From the IMG/VR virus record IMGVR_UViG_3300030333_008604, positions 1 through 64,000 of that record: a stretch of DNA of 64,000 nt, one strand, 5' to 3'. Below, one piece after another: positions 46,087 to 57,100 of the stretch (its first letter is position 1; every line of letters starts with the position of its first letter). Both the position numbers and the translations under genes were made by a program. Origin of the DNA: a virus. The notes beneath the pieces were generated by a model. It worked only from the letters and a program-made list of their open reading frames with translations, was not told the DNA's origin and ran no database searches.

Positions 46087-46961
46087 GATGTTTGGTTACA
46101 GGACATCAGGGCTACATTGGATCCCATTTATACGCTAAGTTGAAAGACCTAGGTCACGAAGTGCTTGGTATTGATCTTAAAGATGGCAAAGACATCAATT
46201 CCAACAGTTATGGCCTCGAAGAAGGCGGAAAATTTCATCCTTTCTGGTTTAATTTTAAGCCAGAATACATTTTTCATCTTGCATGCTGGCCACGCGTTGC
46301 CTATAGTGTTGAAAATCCTGTCGAAACAATGAAAAATAACGTTTTGTCTACCTCTAACGTGTTAAATTTTGCGCACAAGGTTGGCTGTAGGCGTGTTATT
46401 TATTCAAGCTCTTCATCTGTTACCGGAAATAATGATGGCTTAGGCCCAACGAGTCCGTACGGGTTGCAAAAATTAATTTCAGAGCTGGAATGTAGGCTTT
46501 ATTCACAACTTTATGGCCTGGATACAGTCTCACTTCGTTATTTTAACGTCTATTCCGAAGATCAGCCAGCAGATGGCCCATACACGACTGCGATTGCTAA
46601 CTTTATGGAGTTTATCAGACAAGATAAACAGCCATTCATTACTGGTGACGGTACGCAACGTCGTGATATGATACATGTTGACGATGTAGTTTCTGCGAAT
46701 ATATTTGTAATGGAACATCCTAATGATTTTGCAGGAGCTAACTATGATGTTGGCACTGGAGAGAACATTTCTTTGAATGAAATTACAGAAATTGTCAATT
46801 ATATTTTACCAAATGTAGAATTTCAGTATGTCGAAGGCCGCACTGGCGATGTCTTTGAGACAAAAGCTGACGTATCCGCTCTAAAACAAATTGGATGGGA
46901 AAGTAAAACCAAAATAAGCAAAGGAATTGCAGACTGCTTTAAACAACTAAGGAGAAAGTAA
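46083..46961 (+). CDS. NAD-dependent nucleotide-sugar epimerase/dehydratase
   Basis: VTGHQGYIG, YSSSSS, YGLQK, LRYFNVY, GDGTQRRDMIHVDDVV. Confidence 0.9.
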   Translation: MRCLVTGHQGYIGSHLYAKLKDLGHEVLGIDLKDGKDINSNSYGLEEGGKFHPFWFNFKPEYIFHLACWPRVAYSVENPVETMKNNVLSTSNVLNFAHKVGCRRVIYSSSSSVTGNNDGLGPTSPYGLQKLISELECRLYSQLYGLDTVSLRYFNVYSEDQPADGPYTTAIANFMEFIRQDKQPFITGDGTQRRDMIHVDDVVSANIFVMEHPNDFAGANYDVGTGENISLNEITEIVNYILPNVEFQYVEGRTGDVFETKADVSALKQIGWESKTKISKGIADCFKQLRRK

Positions 46962-47159
46962 ATGCTAAAATTGTCTGATGAAGCACTTGGAGCCTTAATG
47001 ATGGCCCTACAAAAGTCCCTACTAGAACAAACTGACATTGTTCCGGTTTTGAAGGGATTTAACTTCAAAGTGAATGAAAATAAAGAATTATTTGTTATGA
47101 ATCCGCCTATTTTTAAAGTAGGTGAGCCTGATTTTCCTACACCGGAGGCTAGTGACTAG
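46962..47159 (+). CDS. Small hypothetical protein
   Basis: AAGGAG SD; abuts upstream stop. Confidence 0.65.
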   Translation: MLKLSDEALGALMMALQKSLLEQTDIVPVLKGFNFKVNENKELFVMNPPIFKVGEPDFPTPEASD

Positions 47160-47161
47160 TC

Positions 47162-47329
47162 ATGGATATTAATAAAGATGAATTTGAAGCTCTATATGTT
47201 CATTTAAAGAAGTATTTAAAGCATTTTGAGCAAGAGCCGATTGAACAAAAGTTTTGGAATGATACTTATAACTTAGACGTCCTCTTTGTGATTAGAGATA
47301 AGATAAAGAAAGGTCTTGAGTTTGCCTAA
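47162..47329 (+). CDS. 55-aa hypothetical protein (not in ORF track)
   Basis: GGAGG upstream; MDINKDEFEALYVHLKKYLKHFEQ...KGLEFA; fills the gap. Confidence 0.5.
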   Translation: MDINKDEFEALYVHLKKYLKHFEQEPIEQKFWNDTYNLDVLFVIRDKIKKGLEFA

Positions 47330-47588
47330 GTATACCTACAGGTGTGAAGAGTGCGAAGTGGTGTTTTGTGAACGTCATTCTGCAACAAAAAGAGTAAAAA
47401 ACTGTAAAGAATGTGGATCCGAAGACGCTCTAGTAAGACTGCCGTCTAATTTCCGCGTGCTTAAGGAAACAACAGAAAGTCCTGCACGAGCAGGATCTCT
47501 TGTTAAACAGTCAATAGAGGATTTTAAACAAGATTTAGCCTCTGAAAAGCAGAAATTAAAAGAAAGTGTGTGGGAGCCTAACTCATGA
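47322..47588 (+). CDS. FmdB-family zinc-ribbon protein
   Basis: (M)PKYTYRCEEC...CKECGS...LVRL. Confidence 0.8.
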   Translation: MPKYTYRCEECEVVFCERHSATKRVKNCKECGSEDALVRLPSNFRVLKETTESPARAGSLVKQSIEDFKQDLASEKQKLKESVWEPNS

Positions 47589-47971
47589 ACAGATATGTTA
47601 TTATAATTTCATTAATTTTAAATGCCATACTTCTTAGTTTTCTGTTTGGCTTGGTTCCATTTTTACTTTATGTGAGTATTGTGCTAAATGGGTTTTTAGT
47701 TTGGTATGCGCTTGGCGCAATTGCCTTAAATAACGAAGTTCAGGAAGATTTAAGTAAATTATCTGACGATGTGGACTATTTTTGCACCCACCTGGAAGAC
47801 ATCCACGCGTTAGAAATGTTCTATGGGGATGAAACTCTTCAAGCTTTAATAGACCATTCGCGCAACCTTGTTAATAAGACTATAGATTTTCAAGAAAAAT
47901 ATTTTGATATAGAGGTAATAGAAGCAGATGACAGTGAAGACCCCGAAGCGGCGCCGCCGACGGAAGAATGA
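47585..47971 (+). CDS. Membrane protein with two N-terminal TM helices
   Basis: Hydrophobic first ~45 aa; MFYGDETLQALIDHS. Confidence 0.7.
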   Translation: MNRYVIIISLILNAILLSFLFGLVPFLLYVSIVLNGFLVWYALGAIALNNEVQEDLSKLSDDVDYFCTHLEDIHALEMFYGDETLQALIDHSRNLVNKTIDFQEKYFDIEVIEADDSEDPEAAPPTEE

Positions 47972-48629
47972 TTATTTTACAAAAGTTCACGAGGACGCGA
48001 TTATTAAATACGCCTCGACGGAAGACAAAGCCGTAAGAACTGAGTTGTATATAAAATTTATCGGACCAGCTTTTAACGAAATGGTTGATAAAATAGTGTA
48101 CACTTATAAGTTTAATACTCTGCCTAACGTTGATTGCCTTAAAGATGATTGTAAAATATGGCTAATGACAATCTTAGACAAATACGACCCCAGCAAGAAG
48201 ACCAAAGCGTTTTCTTATTTTAGTGTTATTACAAAAAACTGGTTTATACACAAAGTTAAGCAGAATTCAAAACGACTAAAACGGGATGTTCAATATGAAG
48301 ACATTAATGAACACATACAGAAAGAACAGCTAGTTGTCTATAACCAATATATACCTCATCGCGAAAGACGTGAATTTTGGACCCTCCTTTTTAAGGAAAT
48401 GAAGGATTGGGAAAAAATGAAACTGAAAGACAATGAAAAGAAAGTCCTCGACGCCGTCAATATCTTGTTTTCTAGCATAGAAGAGATTGAAATTTTTAAT
48501 AAAAAAGCTATTTATCTTTACATGAGAGAAATAACAGGCTTAAACACAAAACAGATTGTTAATAATCTGAACAGGATTCGAAGCCGCTATAGGGAATTTA
48601 AAAAAGAATGGGAAAAGGGCAACATTTAA
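47928..48629 (+). CDS. Phage RNA polymerase sigma-factor-like protein (candidate late sigma)
   Basis: Region-2-like LDKYDPSKKTKAFSYFSVITKNWF; C-terminal HTH YMREITGLNTKQIVNNLNRIR. Confidence 0.7.
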   Translation: MTVKTPKRRRRRKNDYFTKVHEDAIIKYASTEDKAVRTELYIKFIGPAFNEMVDKIVYTYKFNTLPNVDCLKDDCKIWLMTILDKYDPSKKTKAFSYFSVITKNWFIHKVKQNSKRLKRDVQYEDINEHIQKEQLVVYNQYIPHRERREFWTLLFKEMKDWEKMKLKDNEKKVLDAVNILFSSIEEIEIFNKKAIYLYMREITGLNTKQIVNNLNRIRSRYREFKKEWEKGNI

Positions 48630-48907
48630 GCACAGAAAAGTTTGTAGAAGACGCTATTAGTAACATTAAGAAAGACCGAGCGCTCGCCGCCGATTTGTTG
48701 ATACACTTAACTACATATATGAAAGCCTCAGACGAGAGACATCAGTCGTGTGGTCTTGTTGCCGCCAAATATCTTGAAACGCTCCAAAGATCTAACGAAC
48801 AACTTGTTAAGTTGGCATCTTTGCTATCAAGAAAAGAGGCTAATTCTGGTTTGTCACCCATCGACAAGGAAGAAATATACAACATCATCAATGATGAAAA
48901 AAAGTGA
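48608..48907 (+). CDS. Helical hypothetical protein
   Basis: AKYLETLQRSNEQLVKLA; overlaps sigma-like gene. Confidence 0.65.
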   Translation: MGKGQHLSTEKFVEDAISNIKKDRALAADLLIHLTTYMKASDERHQSCGLVAAKYLETLQRSNEQLVKLASLLSRKEANSGLSPIDKEEIYNIINDEKK

Positions 48908-48918
48908 GGCGCTGATGT

Positions 48919-51900
48919 ATGGCCGATGCCAAACCGAAACCAAAATTAGCAAAATCGTGGTGGTGGGCTAAAGAAGCTGATGGTGAAGACTCTTCGCCAC
49001 CTGACGTATCGCTTTATTCAGAGCATGAAGATGAGAATGCAAGCTGGGTTGCTCGCTCAAAGAAGCTTGTACAAGAAAGCTACGAAACAGATATCTTCAA
49101 AGGGTCTAAAGGACCATACCCAGCAGTTGTTTTAAAAGTTCTAGCTGGTCAGAGCGCAGGCAACGAAGCCTCAACCGGAGGCCAGGCTACTAAAGGCGCC
49201 TCAACCTCTGCTAACAGAAATTGGTGGGAACAATTTTCAGCATTGGAAGGGAAATTAAGCCCCGTTAGGGTTATTGCCAGGCCTTTGTCGATGAAAGGTA
49301 CATCTAACGGTGTAGTTTTTAATGGTGGTATTCCCGCTCCTTGGGATTTAAAAAAAGATGCTACAGATGCCGAGATTGAGCAAAACATATCCCTGCATCC
49401 TGAGTTTGTGGCGCTCAAGGCATCCCAAGACAAGGATCAAGATTTAAGCTCAATAGTTCCGGGCACGCCTATTTTCGTAGATTTTCCCCAAGGCCAAAAT
49501 CCCGCAAGAGCTAACGGGGTGATAGTTGGTGTAATAAAAGATTATACGCCAAAAGCTGCTGAAGTGAAAACTTCGCCTAAAGAAGCCCACAATCCTCAGT
49601 GTGAGTTCATTCCCGGCTCAGAACCAGAAGAAGGTTTTTATGCTGGGCACACTGTTGGCACGTTACGCTCCGGCCGCAGAGTGTCAAAAATAAGAAACAA
49701 AATAAAAACTGGAGTTTACGGAAACGGAACAGCCCAAACAAAGGCTCATTTTTTAGAGTGTCTTTTCCAGGCGAAAAATCCCTCTCCAAAGCATAAAATA
49801 AAAGGCCCATCGCCAGGACAGAACAATTGTTTTCTTTGGGTGGGTCACCTCCGCTATAATGGCTACCTCGATTCAGTAGATCGTCCTTCTGACCTGGGCC
49901 GTGAAACTATTATATATGCGCCAAAAACCTTAGATATAAGTGCGCCCATTGAGATAAAATACTATTTTCATGACGCAGGTGGGTTTGGCTATGCTTGGTT
50001 GAATGGCCCATTAACAACGACAAAGCAGGCTATAGAAAGTGCCGCTTTGCCCGGCTGCGACTTTAAAGAAAAGATAGCGCCCATGATAAAAGACTTGAAC
50101 CGTGATGGTCGAAACTACGTCTTGGTAATACCAGAAATGATGCACTCCCGGGGATATGGTACGGGTCTTTCAGATGACAATCGTTTAACAAATATAATGA
50201 ACTTAACAGCAGCGGGTCAAGGCTTGCATGGGGCCAAAGACACTATTCGAACGTATCTTGACTCATCGCCAACAAAGTCACAAGATAGAATTCGAAGTCA
50301 TCTTGGGGGGATGACAATTGCTTCTGATAAAGCAGAAAATTTGTTATCTGTGCAGCGATTGAAAAACAGATACATGAAGACATTTGATAGATCCTTTACC
50401 GGTGGCAATTTTGCAGTTTTTCACACGCAGATAAAAGGTGTGTTGTCTGAACATCTGTCGCAGGCACTCTTGACTGGCTTCGACAGCGAGGATTCTCAAA
50501 TTTCTATAGTGGCTGATAACGCCGGCGCGCTTACATTGGCTCACATCCCCACTGAAGATTTATTGTCACTAGGCTCAAAGTTGACAAGAATAGACTGGAT
50601 CAATGCTGCTGGTCTGGATTTTCATGCTAAACCATGGTCTTTATATTTTGAAAATAGTTCGGCCACGCAATACTTCGATGATAAATATTTAAAATCTTTA
50701 ACATGGCCAATTGAATTCAATTATATCGCACCAATGCCAGCACAATCAGACGTCAAGCTCTTTTTTAAAAATCAAGGCCAGGAAGCCAAACTTACAAAAT
50801 TCAAAAATCAAAAAGGTCAATGTTTTACATATCACGTTGGCAATGATTCCTCAATTGATAGAACTATAACTTATCACCAGCACACTGGTGAGAACAAGGG
50901 CGCCGAATACGCTTTTACAATGAAAAATAGCTCTACTGGTTTGCGCGCTCTTAGAAAGAGGCGAACAATTGGAGGCCCAATTAATCAAGGAATTCCAGAT
51001 CATGCTGCCTCTATTTCTCACAAAAAGAACGATTCTGCAATATTAGTATATGAAAAGCAAAGGACAGACTTAGTTTCGAAACAAATTGAGCCTTTCGAAA
51101 CGGCTCTTGGTTTGCTGGGGCAAGAAGGTACCACCGGTCTTTGTCAAAATAGTCCTCATTTTTGCAAGCCCGATGGTCTAGGCGGTTTTGATTTGTATGC
51201 AAATGCAGATTCTGCATTTGCATCTTCATATACTGCTTGGAAATCTGCGACTCAGAAATATTATGAACTAAACGAGTTAATTAATTTAGAAATTGTCATG
51301 AAAGAAGTTGTTGAGCAGAAGCGCGAACTTAAAGATGTTAAAAGCTATTACAGCAGTCTTAAAGAGGTTAATGCGAGCGCTATGCCAAACGCAAAGTCGG
51401 CTTTAAAAAACTATGAATTTTTTAGTTTGACAAACTTTCCTCCGAACAACGTAGCTTCTGTTAATAGTGCTAGAGATTTCGTTATTGCCATCATGCAGAC
51501 TCTAGGCACCAACGACGCAATCTTGAAAGCAGAAAATAGAATTCAAGAATATGAAAGATTATTGAAGGCAGGTCCGCCAACTCGTGAGCCATCACCTTGT
51601 GACGTGGGTGTTACAGCTCTGGCTAGACTTTCCGCATCACCATCACGGCGCCCAAAAGACAATTATTTAAATTTTGATTGTGATTCTGTAAAGCCAGTTC
51701 ACCTGCCTCGCAAGTTTGCAGATCTTGTAAGAATGATACCATTCTACCCAAAGAAAAGCGACTATATCGACGCAAAGCTTAATAAAATTTTAACCCCTGG
51801 AGAGGTTCCAGGTTTTGAATTAGCAGGATTTAAATATCCCGCTCGAACTTCAAATGACGTTGTAAAAATTCACGATAGTGCAAAAGATAGTGTCAGGATT

Positions 51901-52833
51901 TGGAAGTGCTTAGTGCCCCTGGTAGAGGAAGGAATGAAGGCCGCCACCGATGCATCCAAGTTCGCTCCATACAAGGTCACGCATGGCTTCCGCGCGGGCC
52001 CGCCTCCTGGCATGACAGACTCAGTCTCTCTACACAGTTATGGTTTGGCGTTAGATATCGATCCATGCTTAAACGGTTGGGACAATAAAGGCGAGTTGAC
52101 TGCAGTACAATTTACTAATGGCTATCGAGCACATAAGACGTCCGGAAAAGCCGGCTGGGGCGATAACTGGAGCTTTGCAAGCGACCACCCGGAAGATTAT
52201 AGTTTTTCTCGTGGAGAACGCGACGCGATAAGCTCTCTACTTTCTTTACGGCATGCCGGCGTTTACGCAGAATCATTAGATCAACTAATGAAAAATATTG
52301 CCTCTAACAGCACCAGCCTCGATTCACCAGAAAAGATAAAGGCATGGCTAAACTCCAGTAGCTCAACCGGCCTTGCGTTACGACAGGCACATGAATACGA
52401 TTCATCTGGCACAGTTTGGCAGCCTGGCAACGAATATGGCGGCTATTTAAAAGACATTAAGAATTCCTTAATTAACCCTTTAGGCTCAAATCCACTTTTA
52501 TGGGTTATAACATTTTGTGAATTTACCGGAATGAAGTGGGGTAACGGAACATTTCTCAAGAAAAGATATCGCGGCGGTGATGTTTTTAAATATCAAGATC
52601 TAGGCGACGCCGCGGCGGGAAGTTTTTATCATTATCTAGATGAGCTTTTTGGAATTAAAGACGTCATGCGTCGAGTTCAAGCCATCTCTTGGGATAGCGA
52701 TGTCAATGATTTTATGCACTTTCAGTGGTACGACGCACCACACACAACCATTCCCTTCACCGCCGGTGAACATGCTGGCGCCCGCCAAAAAGGAATTGCA
52801 GAAGTTGCTGCAGCAAATAATATACAATATTAA
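48919..52833 (+). CDS. Baseplate hub/tail lysin-like protein with C-terminal M15-family peptidoglycan peptidase
   Basis: N-terminal OB-fold-like (YPAVVLKV, VRVIAR, HPEF, PGTPIFVDF); SLHSYGLALDID (from 52027) and DFMHFQW (from 52708). Confidence 0.7.
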   Translation: MADAKPKPKLAKSWWWAKEADGEDSSPPDVSLYSEHEDENASWVARSKKLVQESYETDIFKGSKGPYPAVVLKVLAGQSAGNEASTGGQATKGASTSANRNWWEQFSALEGKLSPVRVIARPLSMKGTSNGVVFNGGIPAPWDLKKDATDAEIEQNISLHPEFVALKASQDKDQDLSSIVPGTPIFVDFPQGQNPARANGVIVGVIKDYTPKAAEVKTSPKEAHNPQCEFIPGSEPEEGFYAGHTVGTLRSGRRVSKIRNKIKTGVYGNGTAQTKAHFLECLFQAKNPSPKHKIKGPSPGQNNCFLWVGHLRYNGYLDSVDRPSDLGRETIIYAPKTLDISAPIEIKYYFHDAGGFGYAWLNGPLTTTKQAIESAALPGCDFKEKIAPMIKDLNRDGRNYVLVIPEMMHSRGYGTGLSDDNRLTNIMNLTAAGQGLHGAKDTIRTYLDSSPTKSQDRIRSHLGGMTIASDKAENLLSVQRLKNRYMKTFDRSFTGGNFAVFHTQIKGVLSEHLSQALLTGFDSEDSQISIVADNAGALTLAHIPTEDLLSLGSKLTRIDWINAAGLDFHAKPWSLYFENSSATQYFDDKYLKSLTWPIEFNYIAPMPAQSDVKLFFKNQGQEAKLTKFKNQKGQCFTYHVGNDSSIDRTITYHQHTGENKGAEYAFTMKNSSTGLRALRKRRTIGGPINQGIPDHAASISHKKNDSAILVYEKQRTDLVSKQIEPFETALGLLGQEGTTGLCQNSPHFCKPDGLGGFDLYANADSAFASSYTAWKSATQKYYELNELINLEIVMKEVVEQKRELKDVKSYYSSLKEVNASAMPNAKSALKNYEFFSLTNFPPNNVASVNSARDFVIAIMQTLGTNDAILKAENRIQEYERLLKAGPPTREPSPCDVGVTALARLSASPSRRPKDNYLNFDCDSVKPVHLPRKFADLVRMIPFYPKKSDYIDAKLNKILTPGEVPGFELAGFKYPARTSNDVVKIHDSAKDSVRIWKCLVPLVEEGMKAATDASKFAPYKVTHGFRAGPPPGMTDSVSLHSYGLALDIDPCLNGWDNKGELTAVQFTNGYRAHKTSGKAGWGDNWSFASDHPEDYSFSRGERDAISSLLSLRHAGVYAESLDQLMKNIASNSTSLDSPEKIKAWLNSSSSTGLALRQAHEYDSSGTVWQPGNEYGGYLKDIKNSLINPLGSNPLLWVITFCEFTGMKWGNGTFLKKRYRGGDVFKYQDLGDAAAGSFYHYLDELFGIKDVMRRVQAISWDSDVNDFMHFQWYDAPHTTIPFTAGEHAGARQKGIAEVAAANNIQY

Positions 52834-52866
52834 TAAAGTGATATATAATAAAGGGAAGGAGCGAAA

Positions 52867-54168
52867 ATGTCAGAAAAAACTATATTTGTAAACAGATATA
52901 CAAAAGCTACGCCTGAAGGACAAATACCCATGTGGGAGGTCTCTATATACGAAGGCGGCAGTCAAATTTCTAGCAAGCACACGAACAAGCAAGCTGAAGC
53001 AGAACAATTTTATCGCGATGCAGAGGAGCAATATCCTAATGCAGGGATAAAGTTACGCTCAGATCCTACTGAGTCACGCGAAGAAGCTCTCGCAGATCCT
53101 CCGCTCCCGCCGCAAAATCAATTAACAGATGAACTAGCCGACGCACAACAAGAAGAAGTACACCCTTCTTTTACTTCTCCGGCTGACGGTGTCAAGCCAC
53201 CAGGCCTGTCAAACACCCCTAATTTAAAATCACCATCGCTTGAAAAACCGGCAGTCAATAGGCAGTTTTCTCCTGGGGGGAAAGCTGTCGACGAAAGCCC
53301 AATTGAAGAACAAATTGCCCATGGAGTCAGCGGCATCGGCGGCCAGAAGCGCAAACAAGCAGTTATAAATTATAATGCTGCAGAGTGCGAGACTGTGTTT
53401 TCAAATAGTGGCAACGCAAAACTTATCCTCGGCGCTGATCGCAACGGAGACAAGCTTTCTGGCTATGGTATGGAGGGCCACACTCAGTCTGATGCGATAT
53501 ATCTTTGTGCTGGGATGGGTGGCCACCGCCCAAAACAGGTAGATGCGAAGGGTAATCGCTTCTGGACTAATCCAAATTTTTTCGTTGATGCTGCTTTTAT
53601 TTATATTTCTCAAAAAACAGACTGTGACGTGAATTTTGCAATTGGTACTGAAGAAAATCGAGAAGTAGCAAACGCAAAATCTGCAGTTGTTCTAAAGGGT
53701 GATAATATTAGAGTAGTCGGCCGAGAAACCCTCAAGCTAGTAACTAAGACAGATGTTTCAAACTCGCAAGGTGGAAAAGATATGTCCACCGGTGGCGTAG
53801 AAATAATAGCAAACAATCACGAAGACTCTTTACAGCCAATGGTCTTAGGTGATAACCTTGTAAATGCCTTGAAGAAGATTAATAATTTTATGAATAACAT
53901 GCTGAGGCTCCAAAAAATGCAGATGGACCATCAGCAAGCAATGAACAGGGCTTTGACAACGCACACGCATCGCTCCCCTCTTTTTGCTAAACCCACTCTT
54001 CCGTCAGAAGTAGTCGTCCAATCTGGCGTCGTGGAACAAATAAAAACAGTGGTAAACACTGAGCGCGCAATATTAACAGAAATGACAAATCTCGCAGGCC
54101 TAGAGAACAACTATAGCGACCCGCAAGGTCCAGAATACATATTGTCTGCATATAACAAAGTAAACTAA
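52867..54168 (+). CDS. Baseplate central spike-like protein (gp5 C-terminal type)
   Basis: Beta-repeat region (NAKLILGADR, SAVVLKGDNIRVVGRE), QPMVLGDNLVNAL, apex THTH at 53959-53970. Confidence 0.6.
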   Translation: MSEKTIFVNRYTKATPEGQIPMWEVSIYEGGSQISSKHTNKQAEAEQFYRDAEEQYPNAGIKLRSDPTESREEALADPPLPPQNQLTDELADAQQEEVHPSFTSPADGVKPPGLSNTPNLKSPSLEKPAVNRQFSPGGKAVDESPIEEQIAHGVSGIGGQKRKQAVINYNAAECETVFSNSGNAKLILGADRNGDKLSGYGMEGHTQSDAIYLCAGMGGHRPKQVDAKGNRFWTNPNFFVDAAFIYISQKTDCDVNFAIGTEENREVANAKSAVVLKGDNIRVVGRETLKLVTKTDVSNSQGGKDMSTGGVEIIANNHEDSLQPMVLGDNLVNALKKINNFMNNMLRLQKMQMDHQQAMNRALTTHTHRSPLFAKPTLPSEVVVQSGVVEQIKTVVNTERAILTEMTNLAGLENNYSDPQGPEYILSAYNKVN

Positions 54169-54171
54169 TTA
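54165..54171 (+). promoter_or_regulatory. Putative phage late promoter motif CTAATTA
   Basis: 12 nt upstream of ATG 54184. Confidence 0.45.
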
Positions 54172-54183
54172 TAGAAAAGAAAA

Positions 54184-57100
54184 ATGGTTGACACAACAAA
54201 GTTTATAGATCCCCCGCCTCCCGAACAAACGCCGTATGCTAGCATTATGCCGACTGATGCATCGCTAGAGTCGGTATTCGCGCTTCCAGTACATGCAACG
54301 CATTATGTTGGCCAATTGGCTGGTCCCGCTCAATCTCAAGGTGCTCGCAAGCATCCTTATCTTCCTGTTCGTCTTGCGCCTCATAGTTATAGTCCAGCGC
54401 TTAAGCTTGGGTGGGATGACCGAGGCTATCATCTGCTGAATAATGAAGGGCAGTTGGTTACAGATCAGCACGGCAATGACGCTTCTAACGGAATTGAAGT
54501 TAACGTAGGAACCGGTGTTTTTGTTACTGAAATTGTTCAAAGCGATACAGGGCTTTGGGTGGGTTTTGTGATCGAAGATACGGACATATCGACCGAACTT
54601 ATAACAAAATGGACTAGTAATTGGACTCAAATATTGTATACGAGGCCTGAGTATCTGCGCGCGCGCACCGGCGGCCTAGTAGGAACAAACCTTATTCCTT
54701 TTTCTAACACATTTTATGGTGTGGCTCGTGGTGCTGATGCAAAAATTGCAGATGCGGCCAAAGCCATCGCACCAGGCAAAAATGACAATTGGGAAAAAAT
54801 TGAAAATAACGATGTTATAATGTCGTATTTTAATTTTACTGAATACAACAAAGAGCGACTTGGCGATAAATTAAAGATTTCCACAGGTTTAATCAAACAA
54901 GACCCTAGATTGCGCTACTCAGAAGGCTATTATTATTTTGTTGTAACCGAGGGGGTGAGAAAAAATGCTGCGCAGCTCTATACTCAAGAAATGATTGATA
55001 GTGGAGTTGTCTTATCTAGCGAGGCCCAGGCTCAATTATTGTCTGCTAAGGAAAGCGAACGATTATTGACTGAAGATAACATTAAAAAAGTTGCAGTTGA
55101 CGTGCTGTTGGAGTATCACAACAAAGATGTCAATAGGATTGAAACTCGCGCAGCACTCCAAGGGTCGGGCCTGGATCCTGGGCTTTTAGTTTCGGTTGCT
55201 AAAAAGTTAAAAGTTCAAGGCCCCAATCCAAACAACCAAAAGATTCTTTTTGCGGCCCCGGCATCTGTTATCGACGGTGCAATGGATACGAATAACCCCT
55301 ATAATGACAATTTTTCTAAATCTGAAGAAACGTCTGCATTGAATTTGCTTGATCCGTACGAAGAATTTAGAACATCGGGATCAAAAGACTATGTTTTTAC
55401 TATTAGTTTAAAAGAATTGCGCAATACTTGCAAAGAAATTGCTGCTTTGTTCGATAAATTTAAGAAACAAGTTGAAAGTTTTGAATCTTCGGGCGGAATT
55501 ATCAAAAATCCAAACCACGTTAGTTATGATGTTGATTCTCAAATAAAATCGATAGAGACATTTCCAGATGTAATCGATCGCTTTTTAAGAAAACAACCTT
55601 TTCCGTCAACTTCCGACCAAGAAAATCTTGCGATGGCTCATTTTCCTCCCGCCACTGATACTGAGCACGATCATATTCTTCAAATTGGCTTGAGAGATAA
55701 CGGAAAAGTAGGAGGCGATGTCCGTAACACTATCTCTTTCATAGTTTTCTCACCAGATCCTGAAGATTTAAAAACGTGGGAAAGTGATGAACTGTATCAA
55801 ATCGATCCGAACATCTCACAAGACGAAATTCAAGGCGAATTACCGGTTCGACGTAGCGGCTATGTCTTAAAAAAGGGGATGAATTGGCTTCGAAATCAGT
55901 TTGTTGGAATTGAGGCCTCTCGAACGCTTCATTATATAATGAGTTATAAAAATCTCTTAACTTATGGATCTGAGGCTAAAAAAGAAGGTAAAACTGACAA
56001 GTGGATAAAGTTTTTACAAGCGTATTCCGTACCTCCATTTTTAATTTGGACAACGAAAGACCCGACTCACCAGCCAGGTGAAGATGTCGACTGTGAAGAG
56101 TTAGTCAAAAAGCTCAAAGAAATGCCGGCCGTAATGAATGAAGAGCAAAAAAGATTTGAAGAAGAAGTGTTGTCCAAGTGTAGGAAATATATTGCTAGCC
56201 AGAGAAAAAACACAAGCGCCGCTGATCAAAGAGTGCAGAAGAAAAATCTACAAGATGGCTATCTCGCAGCTGAATCAGCAGCAGGAAGCGAAACAATTGA
56301 TGCTTTAAAATATCTTTACAAGATCTTCTTACATGAGCTAGATGTTCCAACCTTGATGGAATTATTGATGGCATGCATCCAGAGCAAGATAGGTATGGAC
56401 CTCACTGCTGAGGCTTTGTGTGAAGCAGCAATGATAAAAATGGTAGAACAGGTTGGCGTAGAAAAGTTTAAGGGCACTTTATTAAAATTTATGCCAGAGT
56501 TAGCTCCATATTTTTCTGGAGGAGACTCTTATGTTGATAGCGTAATCGGAGAAGATGCAGCAAAGATATTAAAAGACCTAGAAGAGAACAACGCGACTCC
56601 GTCAAATAAGGGCACGAATACTGCAGACGCTCCTTGGATGTTTACAGTCGACTCTCTTGACGAGGGCTGGAGACTCGATAGCCGTTTTGATGGCGCCCCC
56701 GTTGCGACTGGTCTTGTGCTAGGCGGTTCTGCACCACCACATGTTGTGCATGCTGTTATGTCACTAGAGAAGGGTGGAACTGGTGTTGAACTGGTGCCGG
56801 GCCCTAGGAAGCCTCATGAAGTCTTGCCTTCTGGCAACACACAGGCGTCTGAAGTTTGGGATGCGCTGCTCAAAGCCGGTTCTGAGTTTTCTCAATTAGT
56901 TGAAGGAGGGGATTTTTACAGTTGGGCTGAGATTAATGAATTACGAAAAAGCTATATATCTCAAGGACATACTCGAAAATCAGCTGACGCTCTTTTGGTA
57001 GAGCAAGGGTATCTTGTACCCAGGACAGTAGAATATGGCTCTGCAATCGACACGTTTAGTGACGCAATGGAGAAGTTCAGTGATTCAATGAATTATCACG

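Noticed and set aside
32553-46961. Bacterial O-antigen/capsule locus (host chromosome or chimera)
   Set aside because: It is continuous and co-oriented with phage-type genes on both sides, interspersed with orphan ORFs, and has no wzx/wzy/export genes.
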